Shown in pieces: positions 30,608 to 42,800 of a DNA stretch of 60,484 nt. The position numbers and the translations under genes were made by a program. Position 1 is the stretch's first letter. Every line of letters starts with the position of its first letter. Location of the stretch: positions 1 through 60,484 of the IMG/VR virus record IMGVR_UViG_3300032213_001151. One strand, given 5' to 3'. The notes below the pieces were generated by a model, which saw only the letters and a list, made by a program, of their open reading frames with translations, was not told the origin of the DNA and searched no databases. The DNA comes from a virus (lineage: Duplodnaviria > Caudoviricetes).

Positions 30608-31018
30608 ATGGTATTCAGAATTGAGCCAATAAAAGAAACCGATTACGATGACTTTCTCGTAGGATGGTGGGAATCATGGGGGTGGGAGCCACCACACAGA
30701 GATTTCCTTCCTGATAATGGGACGGGTGGAGTTTGTGTCTTTGAAGACACTACTCCTATTTGTGCGGGATTTCTTTATACCACCAACAGTGGTGTAGCTT
30801 GGGTCGATTGGGTAGTGTCAAGTAAAGAGTACAGAAAGAAGCCACAACGCCAACAGGCAATTGGCTTACTTGTTGAGACTCTTACAAACATTGCAAAGAG
30901 AACCGGACATAAATACACTTATGCCCTGATAAAGCATAGAGGTCTTATTGAGACATATAAATCTCTTGGCTACATCGAGGGTGATAAGTACACAACAGAA
31001 ATGATAAAAGTATTTTAA
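30608..31018 (+). CDS. GNAT-fold acetyltransferase-like protein
   Basis: VVSSKEYRKK...YKSLGY pattern; TATCTTTG at 30594-30601. Confidence 0.7.
   Translation: MVFRIEPIKETDYDDFLVGWWESWGWEPPHRDFLPDNGTGGVCVFEDTTPICAGFLYTTNSGVAWVDWVVSSKEYRKKPQRQQAIGLLVETLTNIAKRTGHKYTYALIKHRGLIETYKSLGYIEGDKYTTEMIKVF
30735..30750. repeat. 16-bp palindrome site 6 (GTGTCTTTGAAGACAC)
   Basis: Inside CDS, read as VFEDT. Confidence 0.95.
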
Positions 31019-31019
31019 A

Positions 31020-31952
31020 ATGGCAGCATTTACAACTATAGCAGCAGGGGTGGGATTAGCAACAACCGCTGCAACAACAGGGATGTCTTTTGCTCAGGCT
31101 CGTAAGCAAAGAAAGCTACAGCAGCAAGCAGAGGATAAAGCGTCAGAGATGATGGCTGAGGCTCGTAAGAAGCTTGAGGTGAACTTCTATGACCAATTGG
31201 CTATACAGAAGGAGCCATATGAGTTGGAACGTGAGGCTTTGATAGCTGCCGGGGCACAAGCCATTGAGGCAGGTAAAGAGAGTGAACGTGGTGCAGCAGC
31301 AGTTGCAGGTCGTGTTCAGATGGCACAGCAACAAGGTCAGCGTGAGATTGCAACAGCGATGGGGCAAGAGATGATGGGTCTTGAGAAGTTGTCTGCACAA
31401 GAAGATGCAAGGTTGCGTGATTCTTTGGTGCAGTTAGACTTGGGTGAAATAGAGGGTGCTCAATTAGCAGCAGCGCAAGCAGCAGAAGCTAAGAATATAG
31501 CTACACAGCAGGGCATACAAGGTGTTATTAGTTTAGTAGGACAAGGAGCATCATTGGTCCCATTATACCAAAAGCAAAAAGGCATTGACCCGCTGACAGG
31601 ATTACCTATTGTACCTGCCACTACAACTGCTCCAACTGTAACTAACACTCCGCTTAGCACTAATCAAGTTGGTCAAATGAATCCTCAAGATATGACTAAG
31701 CTATTCCCGAACTTGACCACTGAGCAGAAGATGCAGTTGTTCAATGACCCTAAGTTTATGGCACAGTTTCAAGGTATGTCTAAGATGCCTCAAGGTAATT
31801 TATCTCAAATTGGGAGTGACTACCTGAAGCTTGGTGGTATTGATAATGGCAAGTCATATGTTAACCCATACAATTTAAGTGCAGACCAACGAGCAAAATT
31901 ATTTGGCATCCAAAACATAGATGCAAATTTCATGAACCCTTTCTCTTTCTAA
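31020..31952 (+). CDS. Internal virion/ejection protein candidate
   Basis: Ala/Gly-rich hydrophobic N-terminus, Gln/Ala coiled coil. Confidence 0.65.
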   Translation: MAAFTTIAAGVGLATTAATTGMSFAQARKQRKLQQQAEDKASEMMAEARKKLEVNFYDQLAIQKEPYELEREALIAAGAQAIEAGKESERGAAAVAGRVQMAQQQGQREIATAMGQEMMGLEKLSAQEDARLRDSLVQLDLGEIEGAQLAAAQAAEAKNIATQQGIQGVISLVGQGASLVPLYQKQKGIDPLTGLPIVPATTTAPTVTNTPLSTNQVGQMNPQDMTKLFPNLTTEQKMQLFNDPKFMAQFQGMSKMPQGNLSQIGSDYLKLGGIDNGKSYVNPYNLSADQRAKLFGIQNIDANFMNPFSF

Positions 31953-31955
31953 GGC

Positions 31956-33842
31956 ATGGCAACATACTATAAATACGCTGAACGGAATATAGACTCTCAG
32001 ATAAATTGGTCTGAGGTTGGGAAGAACATGGTCGATATGCTCCGTGAAGAGGATAGACTACGTGAAGAAAAGAAAGATGCAATTGATAAAGCATCGAGAG
32101 AGTTTGGTGAAACATTGGCTAATGCGCCTACCGGTGATTTCAAATCTGCAAATGAATGGATATTGGGATATGCAGCAGATGCATCTCAAGCTCGATTGCT
32201 ACAGGATAGATTGCTGAAAAGCGGTATGCTTAAATTAAAAGACTACACCATTGCTCGTCAGAACTTGAACGATGGGACCAATCAAATGTTCCAAGTTGCA
32301 AAAGAGTATCAGGATAAGGCAGGTGAAGCTATGCAGCGATACCAATCAGGACAGTCTCAGGATACTGAGGCTTGGTTGATGGAACAGGTTCAGGGCTTGA
32401 GTAATTTCAAGGATACCAAGGCGTATATCAACCCAACCAATTATACTGTGAGCCTTGCGCCAATGATAAAGAAAGTCGTTGACGGTAAAGAGGTGATGGT
32501 TATGGACCCTAACCCTGACAAGTATCTTACCACAAACCAACTCAGAAACAGAATGAATGTTCGGTTGGATAGGTTTGACTATGTGGGTTCTGTTGATAGA
32601 GAGGTAAGCGCATTGGGTGAATTCCAAACTGCATCAATATCAAAAGTAAAAGGGCTGTACAAGATGGCAAATATTACTGAGGCATTGGACCCAACACAAA
32701 GAGGACGGCTATCAGATGAGGATAATAAGACTATTACTGCTTATCAAGAGTGGGAGAAGAATTCTATAAATGCCCAACTGTCAAACCCATATAATCAGTT
32801 GAGTATATTGACTGATGCTATTGACAAGGTTCCGGGTACTCAGGACTTCTATGAGCCTACATTTGACCCTGAGTTAGCAAAGACAAATTCTAAATATATA
32901 TTGTTAACAGATGATGGCTCAGGTATGCCAAGACCTGAGTTTACAGAGGAGCAAAACAAAGCAGCTACTGAGTTCCTACGTTCTCAAACACGTAATGCCC
33001 TTGATAGAAAGACCAACATTCAAGTAACTCAAGAGGCGCAAATGCAATATGCTCCTCAATATGTTTACGAGGCAGGACAAAGCAAAACCAAAGATGTTGG
33101 TGCTGCTAACATGATTGGTGCTTTGTACTATGGTAATGAAGCAGAAATAGAATCTGCTCTTCAGTATTTCCGTGACACTGTTCCTGATTTAAAAAGTATA
33201 TCAAGAGGGAATGATTTTGTACAACTCACATTTAATGATGGAACTCAAAGAAAGCTTTCATTAAGAGAAAACTCATATGGCGTAAATACTGAGGTTGGAT
33301 TAGAAACATTTATAAAGGGGGCATCACCATTATTAGCAAATATATCTGATATTAATACAGCATTAAAGAGTGGTGGGTTTAAGAAAAATAAGGAATTGTA
33401 TACTATCGAAAATACAATAGTTAAAGATGTAAAGTCTGCAACCGAACCAACAAAAAAAGAAACACCTATTAAGCAAGCATCAAATTATGTGAACTCAAAA
33501 CTTAATTCAAGTATGCTTAAACAAGAACAAAGTGTAGCTGTGCCTCAAATTAGTTCTATTGTGCAGAGGCTTGGATTTGTTGCTGAAGCAACAGGGGGTG
33601 GTTTAGTTGGAAGCTTTGTGACGCTAACTGCTCCTGATGGTAAAACTAAAAAAGAATTCTCATTGAATGATTCAGATGAAGAAGTAAAAGCAACATTAGT
33701 AGATATGAAGGCTTTTATTGATGGGAATTTAGATGCTACAAAAGCTGCCAATGCAGTAGCTGCAGGAACTATAGCGTTGGATGTTGAGTCTGCTCCTACG
33801 CCTAAACCTAAAACTACCCCCGGTAAAGGTAAATATGATTGA
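31956..33842 (+). CDS. Internal virion/ejection protein candidate
   Basis: 628 aa, between the other two ejection-type genes. Confidence 0.6.
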   Translation: MATYYKYAERNIDSQINWSEVGKNMVDMLREEDRLREEKKDAIDKASREFGETLANAPTGDFKSANEWILGYAADASQARLLQDRLLKSGMLKLKDYTIARQNLNDGTNQMFQVAKEYQDKAGEAMQRYQSGQSQDTEAWLMEQVQGLSNFKDTKAYINPTNYTVSLAPMIKKVVDGKEVMVMDPNPDKYLTTNQLRNRMNVRLDRFDYVGSVDREVSALGEFQTASISKVKGLYKMANITEALDPTQRGRLSDEDNKTITAYQEWEKNSINAQLSNPYNQLSILTDAIDKVPGTQDFYEPTFDPELAKTNSKYILLTDDGSGMPRPEFTEEQNKAATEFLRSQTRNALDRKTNIQVTQEAQMQYAPQYVYEAGQSKTKDVGAANMIGALYYGNEAEIESALQYFRDTVPDLKSISRGNDFVQLTFNDGTQRKLSLRENSYGVNTEVGLETFIKGASPLLANISDINTALKSGGFKKNKELYTIENTIVKDVKSATEPTKKETPIKQASNYVNSKLNSSMLKQEQSVAVPQISSIVQRLGFVAEATGGGLVGSFVTLTAPDGKTKKEFSLNDSDEEVKATLVDMKAFIDGNLDATKAANAVAAGTIALDVESAPTPKPKTTPGKGKYD

Positions 33843-33867
33843 TAAATAAAATCCATAACTTTGTGGT

Positions 33868-36800
33868 ATGGATGAATTGAAGAAGCTGTATGATGGTCTT
33901 GTAGAAGATGGAAGTTATACGAAGACTTTCGAGGAATTTCAAAAACAATTCCAAGACGCATCATATCGTGATAGACTATACAATGGTCTTGTGACGGATG
34001 GGCTGTATACAAAATCAAAAGATGAATTTCTTAGAAAGTATGCGGTTGGTCCATCTAAGTCAATCATCGAACCTGTAAAAAAAAAAGAGACTCCGGCTCC
34101 CATTTCAGGGTCGGAATTCTTATCGGGAATTGGTTCATCGGAATCATCAGACACAGAAGCGTATAAGTTTAATCCTGCAGCTAAGCCTGCAGCTAAGCCC
34201 CCTGTAACACCTGCAGAGGATTTCATTTCATCAAGAGCACCTAAGCCTACTAAGGATTATGTGTATACACCTACCATTACTCTTCCTGAAGGATATGTCC
34301 CGGCTCCTGAAACTCCTGAAGTAGTTGCACGTGATAATACACGTATCGTTGCTACTGATTTTGGTGCACCACAAGCTTTAGAAAAGCATGAGGCTTTTAT
34401 TGCTGAGACAAATAAACTCAAAGAGCAAGCTAAAAAAATAGAGAGAGCAAAGGCTCAGGAAGAAGAGCAGCTTATAAAAAGCAGAAATGCTGCTGCTAAT
34501 CAAGATGCTCAGTTTCAAGAATACCTACAAGGCATAGATGCAAATCTAATTGATAAGGTAGAAGAAGATGTTGTACCTGAACTAAATAAAAAATTCAACC
34601 CATATGGCTTCCATTTTGAAGAAGCTGTAGCAGGTGGGGATGCAATGTATGTTCGTACTGCTGATGGCAAGCATGAGCTTCTGATTCCACTTGACCCATT
34701 TACCACATCTCAGGAAGTAGCTACATCTAAACAGTTGCGTGACTTCCTTACACAATATGCTCAAGGTCGTGAAGAGGTGAAGTCTGAGGACTACATAAAT
34801 AAAGCTCTTCGTGCTCAGAACATGAGAGATGTTGGTATGCGCAATGATGACGGCACATATTCAACTGTAAAGTTCACATCATTCGAAGAGAATGGTAAGT
34901 ACTTTGTGGTCCCTACATTGTTTCCGAAAGACCCCAATGCTACCTATACTACCAACAAGAGTGATTGGATAGAGCTTCCATTCGAGCAGGCTGTAGCTGA
35001 GGCACGTAAGCGTGGAGAGATATTCCAATTCGATAGCGACCAAGAGGCAAAGGGATTTGCTCAAGGAGATTGGAAAGGCATTAATGCATTTGATGTTGAA
35101 GGTCAGGCGTTCTATAAAGAAAAGGGCTTAGACTATTACGCTGAGAAAAAGAAGTACGAAAACTACACCAAGCTGCAAGATGAGCTTGACTTTCTTGATA
35201 ATATACTTGGCGGTGGTATTACACCACAACAGGATAAGATAGACAATCCTGAATACTTTGCACCGGATGGAAGAGGGCTATATACCAAAGAAGAACTTGA
35301 GCAAAAAAGAGCAGAGGTATTAAAGAAGAAAGACAGCCTTCTTGAGCAGGTATATGATATAGAGGTAATGGGCGTTGGTGATGGACCCGTTCAAAAAACG
35401 CGTGAAGACTTTGATGTAGTACTGAATAAGCGTCAGAATGAGATTGCAGGTGAAGCTATAAAGATGAATGCTGCAGCCACTGATGAATACAAAGCTTTGG
35501 ATGAGACATCTATGGCATTGTATAATGTGCCTATTGAGAAGATTGGAACTATCATCCCAAAGACTGCGAAGGATGCAGAGAACATCAAGAATCTTACTGC
35601 TCAATTGGTAAAAGTAAATGCTGCTAAAAAAGATGCAGCATTAAGATTTGAGACAGCAAAGACATACTACGATGCCAAGTGGAACAAGGCTGCAAGCTCT
35701 GAGTATGAGGAGAATTGGGCAGGATTCACAACATCAGTTGCCGATGCATGGAACAATGGTCAAGCAGCAGAGCAGATTATGCTTTTGACATTGGGTGTAA
35801 AAAATGCAGAGGATATAAAAGATAGACAAGAAGCTGCAAGAATTATAGCAGAGAATCTTCTTGATGTATCAGGCAAACAATCAAGAGCACTTACAAGACT
35901 AAACTTAGCTCGTGATGGTGAATGGTCTAAAACATTATTAGCAGACCCATTTGAGGCAACAGCAACATTTGTTGCATCAAGTCTTACTCAGATGCTTCCA
36001 TATGCATCATACATTGTCCCAAGTGCAACAGCAGCAGGAGCTGCAACGGGAGCTGTAGCAGGTTTAATGGGTGGTCCATTTGCTGAAGTAACTGTTCCGG
36101 GTGGTGCTATTGCAGGAGCTACACAAGGTTTAAGACTTGGTATGACTGCAGTTTCATTTGGTACTGAATATACCAACTCAATACTTGATGTAATGAGAGA
36201 GAAGGGTTATGACTTATTGGACCCTAAGCAAGTAGAAGCTGCTCTCTCTGATGAATCTGTATGGGCAGAAGGTAGCCAATTGGGTATATCAAGGGGCATA
36301 CCTATTGCTGTAGTAGATTATTTGTCATCAGGTCTTGCAGGTAGAGTATTCAAAACAAGCAAGCTTGCATCAATGCCCGTGAAGCTTGGTGCTATGGCTG
36401 CTGAACGTGCTGTGTTTGACCCTGCAGCAGAAGCGTTAGGCGAATATGCAGCGCAAACAGTAGCAGGTCAGGACATAAATTTTAAAGAAATTGCTTATGA
36501 GGCATTGGGTGGTTTGGGGAATAATACGTCTCATATGGCTGTCAACCTATATCGTGAGGCTCGTAATAACTCTAATGCGGATTTGGCTTATGAGTTAACA
36601 GACATCAATACTGTAGCTAATGAAAGAGTTAGTGATGAAAAAATTTCATCATGGGCTAACAATATGCATAAGCTTGGAAAGATTGATGCTGATGTGAACC
36701 AACGTATACAGGAGAACGTAGGTCTTAGAAGAGAAGCACGTGACCTTACATCAGTTGGAACCACAAGTAGATTGATTGGTGATGGCAAGAAAGTAGAAGC

Positions 36801-39800
36801 ACGTGTAATGCAATTGCTATCTGCAAGGAATGAGTTGTCTTCTACACAGAACAGAAAAGAGATAAATGGTGATAAGATACGTGCAATCAACAAAGAGATT
36901 GCAACTATCTCCGAGACCAAGAAACTTCTTCCTGATAACAAAGATGTTGCCGGTGATGGTGTAACCACTGCTGTGAATCTTGACGCAATTATTGGAACAG
37001 AAAGGCAAGGTGTATCACTGTATAAGATAGGTGGTAAGACATTCACCCGTGAACAATTCTTGAGTGAATTGGACAAAATGAAAAACAGAAGGCTTCTTCG
37101 TGCTCGTGTGGATATAAAGAACGATGAGGAAGCTATAAAGATTTACAATAATAAATTAAACAATGCCATTCAAAAGCAAAGCCCAAGTGCGATTTCTATT
37201 CAGTCAGAAACCGGAGTTAGCAAAACGGTGGAGGAAGGAAAACCCCAAACAGAACTTGAAGTCACTACCGAAGAAACTCAAGTCACAGTCCCAAAAGAAG
37301 AAGTAGCAAAAGCAGAAGAAGATTTAGTGTCTTCAAAGACACGGCTTGATGAGCTTGCTGATGCTATACCACAGCGTATTGACTACACTGAGGATGACCT
37401 AACAAACTTTGATGCATTAGAGCAGCAGAAAGCTGATGGTGTTATAACCGCATTGGCTGAGAAAGTTGCTGAAGGGACCAAGCTATCAACTACTGAGAAG
37501 CAGGTGTATAATGCGAACAAAGAAAAGGTTGATGGCGTATCCCAATTGGTTGCAGAGAAAACTTCAATCGAGGAAGAGGTTGCTGACCTTGAGGCTATGC
37601 TAAAGCCAAGAGCAGAGTTCCGTGCTGAAGAAAGAGTTGTTCCTGCTAAGATTGAAAATGCTATAACTGAAGATGGAGAGGTTGATTTCGAAGCAGAAGA
37701 CCAAGTCCGTAAAATTGCAAATGAAAGGAACATCGGTATTACAAGAGACCGTGAGATTGCTTATGTGGCACGTGATGAACAAGGCAATGTAGTCGGTGGT
37801 GCTTTTACTTCATATGACAATCAGACAGGAAAATATACTTTTGATGTAGTTGTAACCAAAGAAGCTGAGGGAAAAGGCATAGGCAGCAAGCTATTGGATG
37901 CTGTTCAAAATATCCCTTCAGATATAGCTGAAATGAATCCCGATGCTACTGTAGAGGTTGATGTCGTAAACCCACAGATGCAGCGTATGTTGTCTAAAAG
38001 AGGGTTTGAAGTTTCTGAAAAAATAGGAGAGGAACGTGTACTTATGGTTCCCGGAAAGAAATCAAAGACAGAGTTCCGTGCTGAAGAGACAACTGCAGAA
38101 GCACCTATCGATGAAGTCGAGGCAATAACTGATGCCATCAATCAGATTGTATCAGGTAATGTATCAACTGAGCTTGCACCTGAATCTACTGAAGGGACCG
38201 TTGATGTTACTGACCTTAGTAAAAGAACAGGTCAAGCTGTACCAACTGTTAGCTTTAAAATTGTAGAAGGTGTTCCGGTTATCTTCACCATCTCTGACCA
38301 ACTTACCACAGGAGAGATTGTAAATCCACAAACAGGAAGAGCTATAGGTAACTTGATGGGTGGTATAGGATTCAACTTCATGAATCAAAATGCTGCTTGG
38401 GCATATACCACTGAGAAGAAAGCATCAGAATCCTTAAAAAAAGCCAAAAAAGTTTACAAAGAGAATAAGCAAACAATAGAGGAGTTTTGGAAAAACAATC
38501 CCGAATACAATGGTCTTGTTCCAATGATGGTTGTGAAGATGGGAGAAGGCTCAATACTATCAAATGAAGCTACAGCCCGTGTCCTTTCAGACAACATACA
38601 AGAATTTCCTGAAGCTAATCGAAAAAGAGCATTAGCTGTTCTTCAGAAAGAACTTACTAATGAGATAAAGTCTCTTACTAAAAGAGCAGATGCTGCAAAA
38701 AGCGTACTTACAAAAAGGAACTATCAAAAAGAAGCAAGTGGGTATCAGAATATTCTTGACCTTATAGCCAAGAACAATATTCAAACGATTGAGCAATTGC
38801 TTGCTCCTGAAGTTTTCACTCAGATAGAGAACCTTAATGCACGTAAGGATATTGTGAATATGATTGGCTATGGCAAACCTAATCTTCCTCGTGAGAAGAA
38901 GGCAATGTCAAAGCCAACCAAGAACTCATTGGTTGCTCGTGCTATCATTGGCATACCGGCTAATCAAGAGGTGAAAGACATTAATCCAAACAAGAGATAT
39001 GAGCTTTTAAACTTAGGAGAAGTAACCAATACGATTACTGAGTCAACAATTGCCGACATATCTAATCGCAGTATCGTGAGCATAGTGGGTGTAGATGTAT
39101 TGAATCCTCGTATTTTGAATACAGAGAATGGTGATTTCAACCATCCAAACTATCAGTATGGATTGGCAGGAAAGTCAATAGGTATTCTACAGGAGCCAAT
39201 TTCAATCGTGAAAGCATACCCTGAAGCGTATAATCTTGCGCTGAAAGGTCTAATAAAAGAAGAATCAAAATTTGTAAAACCAATAAAAGATGGCAAAAAA
39301 ATTGTTAAGCCCGGCAACAGACTCTTCAATCAGTCTATCCCGGAAGCTTCGGAAATTGCGGATAGATATTATGAAAGAACCTATGGGCGAAAGCGTCCTC
39401 GGTACTATGGCTCAAGGTCAATCGACAAAGCAAGAGCCAAAAGAATAGCGGATTCATTCGCTAAGATGGCAGACAATCCGACTGCCCCTGATGTGAAAAA
39501 AGCTTATGAGGCTATGGCACGAGAAACCCTTGAGCAGTATAAATATATGCTTGATGCGGGTTATGTTGTTGAGATAAACAACAATGAGCCATATGGCAAT
39601 TCACGTGAGATGGTTGATGACTTGCGTAATAACAAGCGCATGAAAATCTTCTCTACTGAATCAGGGTTTGGAGATGAAAAGATTACACCTGAACAACGAG
39701 AAAAGAATGTACTACTTCGTGAATCAGGATTCTACGATATTAACGGTGAGACATTGTTGGTTAATGATGTATTCCGTGCTGTCCATGATTTCTTTGGTCA

Positions 39801-42800
39801 TTCTGAATTAGGTAATTCTTTTGGTGCAATAGGAGAAGAGAATGCTTGGAATGTACACGCACGTATGTATAGCCCATTGGCACGACAAGCAATGACTACT
39901 GAGACACGTGGTCAAAACTCATATGTTAACTTCTCAGGAGTCAATGAGAGAGTTGATGCTATGCGTCAAGAAGCTGCTGTGTTGAGAGACCAAGGTAAAA
40001 TAAAAGAAGCAGAGGCTATTGTCAATAAGATATATGAAGAAATATCTTTTGCAGAGCAGAAGCAAGGTATTCTTCCAAAAGAATTTTCTGATGTTGACCT
40101 TAATGATACAGGAGACAAAGAGTTTCAACCTGCATCTGTTGAGTCAATACTAACAAAAGCTGTTGGTGTTCAGAATGGATTAACACAAGGCGAGTTCATT
40201 GCTGCTGTAGCTGAGGGAGATATATCAAATGCAACAAAACTTGCAAACTTCCTGAGCCTTTCATTCCCAAGTGTAACTGTTTCTACAGATAAGGTTTCGT
40301 TTAACAATGTGATGTCTCAGGTTGGAACTGAGGCGTATATGGTTGGGGACCAAATCATCTATGGTGTAACTGTTGATGGTGACATATACATCAATCCTGA
40401 TGTGCACAATACAGAGTCATCACTATTCAATACCACTATCCATGAGTTTGGACACGTATGGACTGATTATCTTCAGACATCAAAGAAGGGTAAGCAGTTG
40501 TATGAACGTGGCGTACAGTTGGTTGAGGAAGGAATAGCAAATGATGCCAAGGTAAAAGAGATATTCGATGCTCAGATGAAGAAGTATCCGGGAGACCGGG
40601 CACGAGCTATCAATGAGACGATGGCTATTCTTATTGGCAACAAAGGTGAGGTGATTACCAATGCAGCAATCAAATCAAAGTTCAAGGAATGGTTGCTTGG
40701 AATGTGGAGATATGTTAAGGAAACATTCAAGATGTCAAAAGACTTGTCTGTTGAAGAGATTCAGAATCTTACCCTTGACCAATTCATAGGAACAGCATTG
40801 GCTGATATATTCAGTGGAGAGGAAATAAAACTTTCTGAAGCTCAGCAAAAGCAACTGAAGAATCCTGATGCCATGTTCAGTAGCACACAGTCTATGCAGT
40901 CGATTATCCAACAGGCGAGAGCTAATGGATTCTCTGATGCTGCCATCAAGCAAGTGTTGTTGAATCGTGGATTTAAAGCATCTGATATAAACAATGCTCT
41001 TGTTATTCCCATAGATGTAGATACAAATCTTCCAAGAGAGTTTGCAGATATTGACGGTGGTGTACAGAAAGGGCTTCAGCTATTCAATGATGTGCGCATT
41101 GAATTGCAGAGGTTTGCTCATATGGGACCTCGTGGTGGTATTCGTAAAGAGGTAACAAAAACAATGGCTCAGATTCGTGAGAAGGCTATAGAGCTATTGA
41201 AATCTCATCCGATATATCAAGCACAGTCTGATACCGTTCAGATGGAATTGATAAGCGCATTTGACAGAACCCTTGGAACTGCAGCAAATGCTAATGTTAC
41301 CCGTCAGATAACAGCAATAAGAAACAACTTGCGTCAGCGCAAGATTGGAGCAAGAGAATTACAGCAGGCTAAGATTGCGGTAAAGAACATGATACGTTCT
41401 GTTCTTCCTAAGTCTGATACATATTCTCAGGCTCAGATAAATAGGCTTATCTCTATCATCGCTAATTCTACAGAGGATACCATCCTTGCTGATACTGACA
41501 AGGTGATGAAGATAGTTGAGCAGCAGAGGGCAAAGATGAAGACATCCGTTCTTAAACAGATGTTGGAGTTAGTTAATAAAAAAGCCAAGGCTGCTATGAC
41601 TACCACCGGTAAGCGTAGAAGCAAAGGTCTCGACCCTGAAGGTCAGGCATTCTTTGCTCAAGTGAAACCAATCCTAAGAGCAGTCATCAATAATGACATT
41701 GAGTTCATGATTAAGTTGGCTGATGAATTGGCAAAGGCTGATGCTGATGGTTCAATCAATGATGCTCTTATAAAGCAGAATCGTGGAGAACAGTTGACTG
41801 TTCAAGAACAAGCATTGCTAAATAAGGCATATGCGTTTGATACGTTTGGTGACTTGATGAGCATGGAATTAGAGGATGTACAGCAATTGCTTGACGAACT
41901 CGTAGATGCTCGTGCAGAATCAATCAAGAGACTGAATACACGTAGAGAAGTACGTGCATTAAAGTATGCAGCATTGAATGCAGAGGCTTCTGCTCAGGTA
42001 TCTGAGTTGAACCCTGAGTTATTTGTCGAAGAGATTGATGCAAACGGAAACGTAACTGTTAGACCAAAGACCCGTAATGAACTTGTACAAGACCGTGCTG
42101 CTATCCGAAAAGCTTTTCAAGGCGGTAAGATATGGTCAGGGTTTAAACAGTTGGTAGCTCGTTGGGACTATACTACTATCACAGGCATAAAAGACTTCAT
42201 GCGTAAGCGCATCCTTCACTTGGGTTCATTGATGAATCTATTTGATAACGATGCAAAAGGCATGGCATTTTTTAGGGACAATATCTATAGACCTCTTAAT
42301 AGAATGGATGAGAAGTCTAAGCTTGGGTATTTCCTTGAGATGCAGAACTTAGACTCTATTGCTAACAGTATCCCCGGAATAACAAAAGGGTACAAGCAAA
42401 TCCGTAATATGCTTCAGACGGGTATCCATGAGTTCACTATCAATGGCAAGACTGATATATATAATGCAGACAAACTGCTAAGAATATATGCATTGTCTCT
42501 CAACGATGTTCAGCGTGAGAAGCTCAGAAAGATGGGTTGGGATGATGCTCAGATACAGAAGATTAAAGACATCGTTGGTCCTGAGCCGATAGCTTTTGCT
42601 GAGAAGTTGGTTGACTATTTTAGCAATGATTACTATGAATCAGTAAACAATGTATACTCAAATGTAAATGATGTAAACCTTGGGTATGTACCTAACTACT
42701 TCCCAACTATTACTCAGGCTCAGAAAGTAGGCTCAAAGCTTTTAGAAGATGGAGACTTTAATGGAATCTTCAATGCTGAGACAGCTCCTGCACTGAAAGA

